A stretch of 64,000 bases of DNA from Moniliella sp. 'wahieum'. Lineage: Eukaryota. The stretch spans positions 186,001-250,000 of the forward strand of contig RSEE01000018.1 of the NCBI GenBank assembly GCA_003971905.1, read 5' to 3'. Position numbers and translations under genes: made by a program. The notes beneath the pieces were generated by a model, which had not been told where the DNA came from, did no database searches, and saw only the letters and a program-made list of their open reading frames with translations. Of the stretch, positions 27,181 through 40,439 are shown one piece after another (position 1 is the stretch's first letter; each line of letters starts with the position of its first letter).

Positions 27181-29399
27181 TCAAGCTTCAAGCCCGTCGC
27201 TTCTCCAACTGCTTTTCAATGATTTCGCCCTCAACCTGACGCTCTTCTTCGCAGCGTTTCTCCTCCTTTCCTCTGAGTCCTTAACGTCCTCTTCGATACC
27301 CACCTCGTGCTGCGAGGTCCAGAGCGACGAGTAGAGCCCCCCGGAGGCAAGAAGCTGATCATGTGTGCCCTGCTCCAGCACGGTGCCATCCTTAAGGACA
27401 AAGGTAATATCGGCATCCGCGATCGTCTTGAGCCGATGGGCAACAAAGAGCGAGGTACGCCGCTGGGTCAACAATGTTTGTCGGATGGAGCGCATCAACT
27501 CTGCCTCAGTTTGACTGTCGAGCGCAGAGGTGGCCTCGTCAAAGAAGAGGATTTCGGGATTTTTAAGCAACAAGCGGGCAATTGCCAAACGTTGTTTCTC
27601 GCCTCCTGAGATCATCAGGCCTCGTTCGCCCACTTGGGTCTCGTACCTTTCCGGAAGCTTTTGCACAATCTCATCCAGTTTGGCCCGACGAGAAGCATCG
27701 ATAACTTCCTCGTCCGATGCTTCAAGACGGCCATAGCGGATGTTGTGCATAATGTCGTCATGGAACAAGGGTGTATCTTGGGGCACCACACCAATCGCAC
27801 GGCGGATCGAGGCTTGACTCACTTCGCGAATGTCCTGCCCATCAATCGTGATCCGACCCGACTGGGGTTCGTAGAATCGGAAGAGAAGTCGGAAAATGGT
27901 TGACTTTCCACAACCCGAGGGCCCAACAAAGGCCACCTTGCTCCCTGCAGGAATGGTAAACGAAGCGCCCTTGAAGATGGGTCGTTCGGGGTGGTAGCCA
28001 AACCAAACGTTTTCAAACTTAATCTCCCCGCGGGTCACTTGAAGTGGTGGCGCATTCGGAGGGTCGACCACATTAACGCGGACGCTTTCCAAGTTGAAGA
28101 GGGTCTCCATGTCAATCAGCGACTGGCGCAGCTCACGATACACGGAACCCAAAAAGTTGAGTGGCAGGCTGAGCTGGAAAACAAGCTGGTTGACCATGAC
28201 CAGGTCCCCAACGGTCATTGTGCCAGCCAATACTCCTTGGGCAGCCAAGAGCATCATAACAGTCAAACTCGTGCTAAAGATGATGTTCTGCCCCGAATTG
28301 AGCCCGCGAGCGAGGTGGCGACCTTGACGCTGCTCTTCTCATAGTCCTTCAGCGCAGCATCGTACTTGGCCACCTCGTACGACTCATTGTTAAAGTGTTT
28401 GACCGCCTCGTAGTTGAGTAGACTGTCAACACTAGTTGTCGCAGCCCGGTTGTCGGCCGCATTCGCTTCACGACGGAAGCGAGTACGCCATGCTGTGGTC
28501 TTGATGGTAAACCAAGAGTAGGCAGCCATGGTCAGAGCCGTAACCCCAGCAAACACAGGACCACACTTGTACGTCAAGATGCCGCAAACCATGGTGATCT
28601 CTAGTGCGGTGGGCACAATGTGGAATACGACCGAGGTGAGAAGAAACGAGATGCCCTTGGTGCCACGATCAATGGCGCGAGTCAACCCCCCTGTCTGGCG
28701 GCTCAGGTGCCAGCCCAAGTCGAGCTCGAGTAAATGGCGAAAGACCCCACGGGCCACACGTCGGATGGAACGCTGGGCCACATTTGCAAAGACAGCGTTG
28801 CGCAGCTCTGAAAACACACTGGCTCCGATCCGCGCCATCCCGTATCCCAAAACAGCAGCTCCTACCACAGCAAACACGGTGAGGGGTGGGTTGGGTCGAG
28901 GGGGATGGCGAGCGTGTCATTGAGTTGGTCAATGATCTGTTTAAAAAGAAGGGGACCTGCACATTGAGAAGTTTGCCCCCAATCAGCAAGCCAAGCGCAA
29001 GAAGAACCCTGCGCTTGGTGCTCCAATCGTCTTTGGGCCAGACATGCTGGAGAAGGCGGCGGATGATTTTCCAATCAGACCTGCGCTGTTGCTTGACTGA
29101 CTTGTCCTCCACCTTGGTAATCGCTAGGGGATCGGCGCGTCCATCAGCCACTTTAGAGGGGGGATGCGGAATGGATGGTTGGGGGAGACGTCGAGGCGAA
29201 TCGGGCGACAAGAGGAGGAGGGCAAGGAGGGAGCAAGGGACGAAGGTCGCCTGGGTCCCAACAGCCTCCAGCTGGACACGGGGGGAGAAGCAGGGCCGAA
29301 CCGGGCGGAGGAGAGCGTTGGCCGCCGACACAGCGTGAGGCGCACAGGCAGCCCCCTGTTCACAGAGTGCGGCAAGTGCGGCAAGGGAGGCACGCGCAT
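27181..29399 (-). CDS. ATM1: Mitochondrial ABC transporter for Fe-S cluster-related export (ABCB7 ortholog)
   Basis: Arg-rich presequence; [52 protein letters not shown]; Walker [10 protein letters not shown]; signature ISGGEKQR; Walker [12 protein letters not shown]-loop AHRL. Confidence 0.96.
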
Positions 29400-30086
29400 G
29401 CTCCGGGGTGCGGCCCAGAAAAAAAAACGGAGATGCACAAGAGGTGGTGGAGGCGAAGGCCAATACTGCGGAGGGCAGCCACGCGACGAGACACATCCTA
29501 TCAGGTCGGGGGGCAGTGCCTCTCCGAGATCTGAATCTCGAAGCGGCTCAGCGCTCGGCGATGACGAAGAGGCGCATCATGCATCATCGATCATGCATCA
29601 TCCAGCAGGCAGGGTGTATTTGTGGGCCTAGGCTAAAGTTTGACGTTTCCACACTGAAATCCTGCACCCTGCATATATCACCAGCAACTTTCAGCATCAT
29701 CAGATGGTCATCATCACAGTTGATGATCGATGAGTACTGAGTCAGGCTGCCATCATCGATAGCCAGCGCGCTTAGATAGGTCTGCTGCGGGGTAATCTGT
29801 TCTGGACGTACTCTACTAGGACTCCATCGACCAGGGCTGCCCAGCCGTAGTTGTAGTCGCCCATGGTAGCGTCCGGCATCTCATACACGCAGTGCATGCT
29901 GCTCAACGGCACTACCCAGCACCTGACTGCCCTGCGTCACAGATGCGTGTAGGAGACCGTTCGCGCAGCTCACCGTAGGGTAGTATATATAATCTCTCGT
30001 CGAGGGGGTCCCCCGGCTGAGGGATGTATTGTGGTAGAAGGCTTACGAAAGAAAACCACAGTGTGTGTATGGGAGGCGCATATGCG

Positions 30087-32954
30087 TTACATCCAAACCA
30101 TACACTCTGCCGGCATCATTAACAAATGAGGTTTATTTTTGGATCCAGTCCAGTGGAAGGGGAGGGCATGGTATTGGTCGTGAACCGGATATTTGCTTTC
30201 CCAACTCATACAGAGAAGGGGCTTGTCCATCCGCCTCACCAGTGGTTCGCATCCAACGTCTCGAACAGTCCACGCAGTTCGGCCAGGGGATGGGGCCCAT
30301 GTTCTGTTCCAGCCGGGGCCGACGGGGCAGATCCGGGCTGGTATCCTGCTCGGCCTGCTGCGAAGCTTGCGCATAGTCCCCGCGAATCCGCAGGGACACC
30401 GTTTCGGTCCGCGCTTCGTTTTCTCCACAATCACGGCAAAGTTGACGCGGTTGCCATGGGCACGACGGACCATTTGCTCAAGCTGTCGCCCGATTTGTCC
30501 AGTTCAACATGGAAGACTTGGTTGGGACGGGGAGGCATGTTGCGTATTGAGCCAGGTTGCCGGTACTGCCACCACTACTAGAAGTAGAGCGTTCGGTTCG
30601 TAGTCGGTTGGCCAACGCAGGACCAAGCGCGAGGTAGTCCCGCACAATTGTGCATATTGGTCAATCTCTTCCGTATCCGACACAGGCAGCACAGCCGCTT
30701 GCCGTGGCGACAGCCAAAAGGCCCAGCGGCCGCGTGTGTGTTCGATCAGGATGGCCAAGAAACGCTCAACAGAGCCTAGGATGGCACGTGTGCACCATCA
30801 CAGGGCGGGTGCTGCCTTGGGGCGAGGCAGGGTCCAGGTACCGCAAGTCAAACCGCTGGGGAAGTTGAAAGTCGAGCTGAATCGTAGCCGTTTGGTGCTT
30901 CCTGCCGGCTGCATCCATCAGACGGCAGTCAATCTTGGGCCCATAGAATGCCCCGTCGCCTGGGTTGATCGTCCAGGGGGTTCCGCTGGCGTCCATAGCC
31001 GACCGTAGCGCCTCTTCTGCCTTGTCCCACTCCTCCACCTCACCCAAGAATTGAGGCGGACGGGTGGACAACACAAGTTCGATCTGCGTTGCCGGATCAA
31101 AGCCGAATCCACGGTACGCCGAGGCGAGCATGCGCAACATTGTCTGGATCCTCCTCAACTTGGTCGGGACGGCAAAACACATGCGCATCATCTTGATGGA
31201 AGCGTCGGACACGGGTCAAGCCACTGAGCGAGCCACTGCTCTCGTTCCGATGCAGGGGCGCAAACTCAGCCATTCGTACCGGCAGCTCACGGTACGACCG
31301 TTCCCGACTGGCAAAAACAACGCAATGCCCAGGGCAGTTCATCGGCTTGAGCCCGAATTGATTCTCGCTGTCGAGAAAGGCATCCGCAGGCTCCGAATGG
31401 GAGTGAGCCGGGCAACAGTCTCGGTCAGGAAGGGGTGCAGGGGCACGACGAAGAAGGCGCTCCGCTTGCTCCTGCGCCTCACGGAAACCTTGGGCTTGGA
31501 ACATATCGTCGCGATAGTTGTCCCAATGGCCCGAGCGTTTCCACAATGCCGAACGAAACAGCTGCGGAGTCTGTACCTCGTGGTACCCAAACACATCGTA
31601 CAGGTCTCGCACCACTCGCTCCATCTTGCGCGCCACCCGCAAGCCATGCGGAAGCATAAACGCCGATCCCGGCGAGAGAGAATGGGTGGTCTCGTTTGAC
31701 AGAAACAGGTCTTGCTCCCGCCCGATCACGCGATGATCCATCTGGGCGGCCTCCTTGACCTGCGCCTCGTATAACTTGAGTTGCTTTTCGTCGGGGAAAG
31801 CGACACCTCGAATGCGCATCATGCGCTGAGGGATTTGGGCTGCGCCTGCCTCTTCACTGGCGCCTTCCACCCCAGTCTCTGTGGGCCGGAGCGTCAGCGA
31901 CTCGGGAAGCCACGTGATCGTAGACCACTGAGGCGTGGTGAGGGCTTTAAAGTACCCAGTGCTGGGAAGAAGAGGGAGCTCGTCAACCAACCGAATGTCC
32001 AAATACCTTCGTTCTCTCCCTGGATCTCCACCACATCAACGGCTGCACCAGGCTCCAGAGCCCGCAGCCATTCGGCCTTGAATACATTGGCCCACCCATC
32101 AAAGAGAGGCAAAGCGTCCGCGGCCGTCATGCGACGCAAGCCAAGTGGTGTATCAGATGCGACAATCTGCTGAAATTTGGCATGGACCATGTGGAGATCT
32201 TGGGAAGTAAAAGTGCTGCTCGGGTGAGCAGCGTGGTGGAGTAACAGTTGGGTGACCGAGCTGATCGCATCGCGCGCGTGCGTAGGCATCGAGGGTGCTG
32301 GCTCGTTCGGGTGCGACCCTCGGACAAAATCGTAGCTAAAACCTGCTCCGCCATGTACGTGCTCTGACAGCAACGGCGCAACACCCAGCACAACATCGGG
32401 CAGCGCATCCTGCACAGCCGCGCCGAATACGTACCCAGCCGATCGCCAAAACGCAGCCAGACCACGCAGCTGGCCCTGCGCCCAGCTCGAAGGATCCTGG
32501 GCCAAGCGAGCAGCTTGGAGAGGGTCAGGAAGCGTCCAAAAGTGCACATTGTCCCCGCGTACGGGCTCGGTCCAGGGAAGCAGTTGGCCCTCGGCATCGG
32601 TGGCGATGGGATAGCGCTGCCACGCCTTGGGGATTCGTTCTGGAGGGGAGGACAGGTGAGTGGGGTTAGGGGGAATGGGGGAGGTCGGAGCAGGGGGGGC
32701 GCAGAAGAGACGCACGCTGGAGCAGGGTGAGGGGTGTTGCGTCGGCGGACGCTACAGGGATAAGGAGGGGCTTGGATGCCGGCGTGGGTTGCTTAGCGCT
32801 GGGAGTAGCCGCAGCGGCGAAGGCGCGGGCGGCGGCAGGTGGAAGGCATGGGGGGGCGTGGAGAGGCGGTGGAGAAGGGGGGCAGGGCGCGCTGACGCGC
32901 CAGACGGCATCCCTGGCGGACACTGAGCGCAGCAGCACGCGACATGGCAGGCAT
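30087..32954 (-). CDS. MST1: Threonyl-tRNA synthetase, probably mitochondrial; frameshifted
   Basis: Arg/Ala-rich presequence; [92 protein letters not shown]. Confidence 0.92.
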
Positions 32955-33050
32955 GGTGGTTTTGCCTAGGCATGCTATGCGCTCCGTTTTCCTGGCAGCC
33001 ATGACTTCATGAGCACTCACATTGAACGTTCAGTTGAACATTGAATGGAC

Positions 33051-33252
33051 AGGGCAGCTTCGTCTTTGGCTGCGCTGAAATTGAAATCAGCATCCTCATT
33101 CAATTTTCATCATGGCCCATCCGTAACTTTTGGTACAGACGGCGCACTCATCCACGGATACCCTCGCTTGGCCACATAATTCATTGCGTTCAAAATGCCC
33201 TTCAAAATGTCTCGAAAACCACCGCGTAAAATATGATCGAGACGAATGCCCT
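33051..33252. mobile_element. Candidate MITE (~200 bp)
   Basis: Imperfect TIR AGGGCAGCTTCGTCT ... AGACGAATGCCCT around an AT-richer non-coding core. TSD not clean. Confidence 0.35.
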
Positions 33253-35184
33253 ATTAGCAATCTGACACCGTGGGCTATTAGTACTATCTGGATTCGAGCA
33301 GATCTGAGCCTCACAGAGCTCTCAGAACTCACAGTCTGTGAACATATGAGAGCCCTCGAACATCCCTGGGTCACCGGCTTGTCACTATGACCACTGGCTC
33401 CTGCTCCACTCGGCTATGCAGGAACGGAGAGGCTGAAGCTTGAAGTCAAGCTTGAAGCTCTGGAGCGTATTGGACAGTAGCGTTGACGCGGGCGTTGGTG
33501 TAGAAAGAAGCAGAGGGGAGGGTGTTGAGCCACCTGGTGGTTCTGGTGTGCCTTGGTCAAAAGTCTCCTTTCTCAGTCCCTCTTCCTCTCAGGCGTAGGA
33601 GTTCCGTTGTTTTCTCGCTTCTCTCGGGTTTCTTTTTCCGCGGCCTGGCCCTTGGTGGCGACTGGCGGCTTGATGCTTGATGTCTCACTCTGCGGGTGAT
33701 GTTGGTTGACGTTGACTTTGAATTTTAGGCCCCCGCCACTCCCACCGCTAGTGCGATTGCATCAGCCTCGCGGATCATCAGGACTCCCGTCGGTGTCGTT
33801 AGAGGGAACCTGAAGGAAAAAGATTACTAGCCTCTTCCGCTGATCGTTTCAGAGCAGAAGCGAAGCATGAAACTTGAAGCTTGACGCGATCAAGTCGATC
33901 TCTGTTTTGTGTGGCAGGGGCTCGGTGGCCGGCACATGATTTGCAGAATGTAAAAATGTCTAGGACCGGAGGATTGGAGGCCGGATGGCACATAATGGCA
34001 CTGGCCTGGATCGGCACGGCGGCAGAGTGGCAAGAGGGGCAGCAGAGTTACTAGTGACTAGTGACGCGTGACAAGGCCGGATGACACTGGTGCGACGTGT
34101 GTAGAAGAAGACGACGGCGATCATTAATCGATAATCAGCGGTTCAGCGCTGAGCGGTTGAAGCTTGAAATTCCTGAAACTTGAAGCTTAAAGGCGCTGAA
34201 GCTCGGCATCAGCAGCAGACAGCAGCGCCCAGTCGGTGCTTGAGGCTTGTAACATGTAATCGGTCATCTACGGCCCATCGCCAGCAGCCGTGCTGCGAAC
34301 ACAGAGGGCAGCGCGGGGCCAAGAACGGCCAAGCGAGGGGCGGAGGGGAGTGTTGGTAGCGGGTGTACTTTAAGCGAAAAAGGGTGCACCAGGGTGCTCC
34401 ATGCTGTCTAGCTTGGCATGGCCTGTGGCGTGGCATGCGCAGTACGTAGCATGATGCATCAAGCGTCAATATGCAATGTTCAACGTTCAACGTTCATGCA
34501 TCATGATGCATGATTATCGAGTGCATGACGCGTGACGGAGGGCCACCAATCGCCCACACGCCGTCTGCCCCGGGCGCATTCGGCTCGGCTGGCCCGTCTC
34601 AAATCCGGCCGTTGTCCGTGCGTGTCCCCGCAGTCCATCGGCCATCGCACATACGCGGTGCATATCCATCTCCCATCCCGCCTTCTGGCCTGCCCACCCG
34701 GCCTAAGCGAAGCGATGCGTGAAGCTTGAAGCTCGAGCAAACCGTGACAGGAGACGAGACACTGGCAAGCTGCTCCGTGGTTCGGCAGCATCCCACATCA
34801 CAAGCATCACACATTGCATAACACGCGTCACACGTCACTGAACACACCTCACGCGTCACGCGTCTCTCGGCACGCGTCACGGCATTTTGCCTGGCTGGCT
34901 GGCTTAGCCGCTCGGCTTGCAAGTGCCGCGTCCAGACCTGCACACCCGCCCTTCCCCCGCACCCCTCCCTTGTTCTTGCGTTTTCTTCCTCTCCTTCTCC
35001 TCCTTCTTCGCTACCTCCTCCCCTCCTCGTTCTCCGTCCCGCCGTGGCGCGCATTCGACTTGCCTGCACATCGCGTCCGCTTCTTCACCTCGCCAGTCCA
35101 CCGACCCACCCCGCACCGCACGCGTCTCAGCTGGGTGGGACTACCTGCACCTTGTTGCAACGCCCTCTCGACAGCGCCTCGGCC

Positions 35185-38100
35185 ATGCCCTCGGCCGTTG
35201 CCCATGCGGCTGCCTCTGGACTAGCACACAACGACCGCACCCCTCCTCCCCCCCCTCCTCCTCCTCCGCCACCGCCGCCACAACGCGTCCCTCCGCCGCA
35301 AGCCCCACCCACTTCCTCACCGTTTCCCCCCGCCGTACGTCTCTGCATGCCTCCACCCTCAAATGCTGTGGCTACTACGTTGAATGCTTACCCTTTCCCT
35401 CTCCAGACTCTGTATTCTCCTCACCCAAGCCTCTCCCCCATATTCCCGGGCCGCCGGTACAGGCAAAACCGCCTCCTCTCACCTCGCACGGGGCTGCCTA
35501 CTGCCGCTCTTCCCCACCCTGGGTGGACAGCTGCATGCGATTGCGCGCGAGTACGGCCTACCCTCCGTCGGCGGCATCAGCATCTACCTCGTGGACGATG
35601 GCTTTGGTGCGTTGGGCCCATGTGTCGGTGACATCGTGTGGCGCGCCATGTGGGCACCCTACTTCGGCCCGTATCCCCATCCTCATTCCCCTCCGCCCCC
35701 ACCCAACCTGTACGACGACCTCGTACTCCCGTCACAACATCTGCCCATAGTTGCGCGCATCGAATGGGCGGTTGAGCCCAGCCGTGCTCCGTGGTGGCCT
35801 GCTTGGCTCGACAACGCTGTGGCGCGCGCCACTGGCTCCCCCCGGACTGCCGTGCTCGATCCCCACCTGGGCCATGTTGGGAAGCTGGCTCCCAGACCCC
35901 TAGCCTTACTCGCGCCGGGTGGCTCTCGTTCTGCCACCTGCAGCCCCACCTTGCGCTCCACTGTATCTAGAGAACATGCCACCACCTCACCCTTCTCTCC
36001 CGCACCGACGCCCCCCACTAAGAGCGACGACGCCATGCCCTCATTCACCGCCACCCGCACCCGCTCCCTGTCTGTGCAGGAGCGGCATGCCCTCTCACGA
36101 TCCCCTAATACCTCTACCCCCTCTCGCCGACCCAAGGGAAAAGGCCCCCTAATTCTTCGCCACTCCCCGCCGTTCCACTGCCGACCTCGAACGCTACTGC
36201 CGCCCCGGTGCCGTCACCACCTTCGCCGGAGCCATCTCTTCGTCAATCCCAACCTACCTGGTTGGAGCAACCTCAAACTTTCTCATCTCCTCGCTTTCCA
36301 TCTCTAATCACCCCTTCCATGTCGGCGTCCTCCTTGGCTCTTTCCCTGTCAGGGATGGCAATCGAAATGGAACCCAAGAGCTTCCATGAAGCTGCGGTGG
36401 ACACTTACACCACCTTGGCCCCACCCGGGCCTGCGGCCTTCGCACTGCCGAGAGGTAGCAGTAGCAGCCATTCGTCCACTCTGCTCCCCTACCCCCCAGC
36501 CGCATTGGAGGTGCCTAATTCGTCGCTGTTGTCCCCCCTGCAGCTCGATAAGTCCCAATTTCCCTCGACGGAGGAGCAGGAACCGATGCCGGAGGAACAG
36601 GAACCGGTCATGGAGGATAAAGGAGAGGAAAAGGGGCCAAGCATCGCTGAGGATACTCCAACCCGGTGCCGTCCACCCTCCGAGGACCCATCTCACTTTG
36701 AGGTGCCTAACTCTCTTGGTGTGGACTTGTCCGAACATGCAGCTGTTCGTCCAGACGGTGCAGGGGAACATGACCACTTCGTTTAGTGAATGGAGCTTGC
36801 CTACATCCAGTCTTTGACTGAGGAGGACAGGCGGCGGTGGCGGAGATCATCGGCCACCCCCTTCTCCCACAAAGAGTGAGTGTTGCTCTTCAGAAGGTCA
36901 CTTCGGATCTGCCTACACCACCCCAGTCGGACCCTAGTTCACCGTCCAGGCACGAATTGCTGTACGGGAACCCTAGCGCAGGCACCCTTGCGCCTTTCCA
37001 GAAGCCTCCCTACCTTTCGTCTCCCCCGTCGAACGCGGTTCCACCCTTGGACCCTTCTCGCTTTCTATGAATCGTCGTCGGAAGGTTTCAGTTCCCCGTC
37101 CCATGTCACCTCCAGCCACTGCTGCCAATAAGGCTTTCTCGGATGGATCTGCCGTCTCCCCACCTGAAGAGTCATCTCTCACCACGCCCAAGGGGGTGAG
37201 ATCCCCAACGGCAGCGATACAGAGAGTCTCTCAACCCGAAATCACACCCGCTCTGATTGAACGTACTGAGCTGCGTCCGTCAATTGCTGAGGACGCCAAC
37301 CACACCGGACCCGACTTGTTACGTTCGAGCGAATCATCTATCTGGGACCGTGTGATGCAAGCGCTCAACAATCCCTGGCATCCGTCGGACGATACCGGTA
37401 CTTCCATTCTCCCGCAACCCTCGGACCGGAGCTCAGTATCGGCCTCAACCAAGAACAGGAGAATGTGACCGTGATGCGGGCGACGCCAGGACCCCACTTG
37501 ACCTTCCCAACTAACAAGGAGGTTGGTACTGTCGCCAACACTACCCAGTCGCCCCATACCCAGCCGTCACAGCAGCAGGATTCTTCCCCTAGTGCAAGCG
37601 TAGCGCTCTCATCCATTACTCCTGAGGTTGTGACTCAAGTCGTTTCACCACTGCCTGAGAGGGACATGGGTCTCCCCTCGGCTGCACCAAACGGGCAGGA
37701 TGAATCAATCTCGCCGAGTCTTAGCTTGTCGCCCGTGGATACCCCAAAGCCCCATGGGTCGCGTTCCGGGCATTTCTTGGCTTCGAATCTCGATTCGGGC
37801 CATTTGGATGACCTGCCCGATTGCCAGCAGCCCTTGTCTCGTGTTTCTCCATCCACCAGCCCGCGGGCGCTGTCGCATCCAAGTACCCAGGACACCCTGT
37901 TGAGCAAGAGCGCAAGCCAAGGGAGTGACTCGACTCAGTTTACCACCCGATCGATCCAGGACGTGGATGAATCGACAACGTCGGTACTGCCTTCGGGCTT
38001 GACATCGGGCTTGGCGTTCGATAGCGAGAACCTTGAAGCATCTACACCTTCCTTAAGAGAGACGATGCCTACGACGGGTAAGGAGGGCAAGAAACCTCAC

Positions 38101-40000
38101 GACCAAGGTGAGAGGGAACATGACATTTTGTACGGGCCCAAAGACCTTTCCCCCCCTGTCGTCGGCGTCAGTGTGCCCCCTTCTCTCCCGCTAGGTCAGG
38201 CGCATCCGGGTCCCTATCCCCCTGCAGTTCAAAATCCCCCTTTTCCCCTGCCCAGCCCCGCTCGGGTCGATATTCGCCAAGCGATCTGCGCGCCCCTTCT
38301 TCGGCCCTCCTACGCGAGAGAGAGAGCAGAGCGTGGCCCCGATCCCATCATCAACGGATGCATCCACCTCCACTCGAAGGGAAGTGATGGCGCATCGTGC
38401 TTTCCTTGGGATCCTCGATCGTCAAGGCTATTTTCGTATTTTCTACCAATTTCTTGCGATGCATATCCGTGATGCTGACTTTGTTTTTGGTTTTGCTTGT
38501 GCAGTTCGCGCAAGTCACCCGAGCGTGGGGAACCAATCGAGCCCAGATACAACAGTTCCTCCCAGTGAATCCCCTCACTCTCTTCACAATGCCAACTTGA
38601 AGCAAACGAAAGGTTTGGGGGAGGACCAGCACGGCGAAGACCCACGCCTTGGCCTGGGCCTGATTTGGGATAGCCAAGAGCAATCTGGGCACCCTGCCGC
38701 ACTAGGGCTAGACCATGCCGTGTTTGTCACACCAACGATTAACTCGAAAATGTCTCCATCCGCGCCTGAACCGCGTACTTCCTCGGACGACCATACTCGC
38801 CGCCCCATCCCTTGTCTCTCATCGGCGACAACGATATGGAGTCGCCCCTGGACAACGTTATGGATCATGCTGCTGCGCCTCCCAATCCGGTTGGGATTCA
38901 GCACAGTAGTACTTTGTCCCTAGAGCCAGATCATTCTTCTACGCGGCCGTCAGCGACTCATGGCTCATCTGGGACGCCATCGCCCGCAAAAATGGCATCT
39001 CCTCTAATCTCTCCCCCTTCCGTTCACCTGGAAATGGGCCGCGCTGTTCCTTCTCCCAACGAGGAGTCCAGGTCTCCAACACACCCCACCTTGAGCCATA
39101 CGATACCTAAGCCCCAAGAGCTGTATGCTACTCCTCTCGGTACCAGTGCTATAAACATGCACTCTGGTCCTATCAAGCAGCAGACCCGCCTTGACTCCCT
39201 TGCCAGCAAAGAGCTTCCCATTCTACCCCTGGGGAAGAAAAATATGGCTTTCCTTCCTCTCCCTCTCTCAACCTCGATCCAGCTCCCAGATCTGGCAATA
39301 GGTGGCTCACTTCCTTGCCTCGCCGCTCCCCCTCGTCTCCTGAGATGGGGACTTGGAATGCAACCGATGCAAGGCGACCCACTACGTCCCATCCTTCCGC
39401 CAAATCTCCGCCCCCTCCACATCGCGACCGAGCCACCCAGCCACCTCAGGGCTCCCCATCACGCCACAGAGGAACCAAGGCACGCCATGGGGTATGCCCG
39501 TCCCTGCGATGACCCTCTCTGCGCCCACGACGCTCGTGGGCAGCGAAACCCCTCTGCCACCACCGGCCAACCGAGACGGGGAGCCGCTCCGTTCGATGCT
39601 CTTACAGGGCACGGCAAGCAGCCACAATCACTCCCACTCCCAGCGCGGCCCAGCGTGACATGGAGTCCGACGGTCATTGATCGAGTCCGGTCGCCGAGTG
39701 GTGGAGCGGTGGGCAAGGGCGCCAAAGCGCCTTCTTCCACCACCTCTTCCCCCTCTGTTGCCTCCTCTTCGTCCCGCGCCCGACGCGCTTTGGCCGCAGC
39801 TGCCTCCTCTCTCCGCCGCACCCATACGGTCCCCTTAGTCCCCACTTGCCCTCCAGCAAGTTGGACACGGCTGCGCCGCCCTCGGCCGCATCCCCAAGCA
39901 TGTCTCCGCGCCTGGCGTTGGCACGCATGCCAATGCCGCGCAAACCCTCGTAGCACCCTGCGCTGGGGGCAGGCGATCCGAACTTACCAAAAGGGCCGTC
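35185..40000 (+). CDS. Large Pro/Ser-rich hypothetical protein with a compact N-terminal domain; frameshifted, ends approximate
   Basis: Successive plus-strand ORFs from 35384 to 40305. The globular-looking block LLPLFPTLGGQLHAIAREYGLPSVGGISIYL...LPIVARIEWAVEPSRAPWWPAWL is followed by low-complexity sequence. Likely intron at ~35335-35407. Confidence 0.6.
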
Positions 40001-40439
40001 GCCAGGATACCCAAAATGTTTACTCTCTCTCTCTCTCTCTCTGTGGTCTTAGTAGCGCTGTTGCTCTTACCCTTGCGTTAGTTTTGGTTTGCTTGTTGTG
40101 CCCCCTCAGCCCCCCCCCTCCTCCCGCCGTCTCCACTCCCCACTTTCTTCTCTGGTCCCCTTTATACGTTTCGCCGATTCATGTTGACGATAGTAGTAAT
40201 CCTGGGCTGCTGCCCCCTCTGTCCGAGCTGGTGCCTGTAAGAGGTACGTTTGAAGAACCAAAACAGACATTTGATATTTTGTGTGCTGCCTTGTCCGATA
40301 AATAGCAGCACGTGAGTAGTAATAGGGTGCGGATGGAGGAAGCTGCAAAGTACCTAATGAACCGCCGTTTCCCGGTCCCAACATAAGTGAGTGTCAATGT
40401 GTGAGAGCCATGCGAGCCAACATTCGATCTGTTGGGCAG

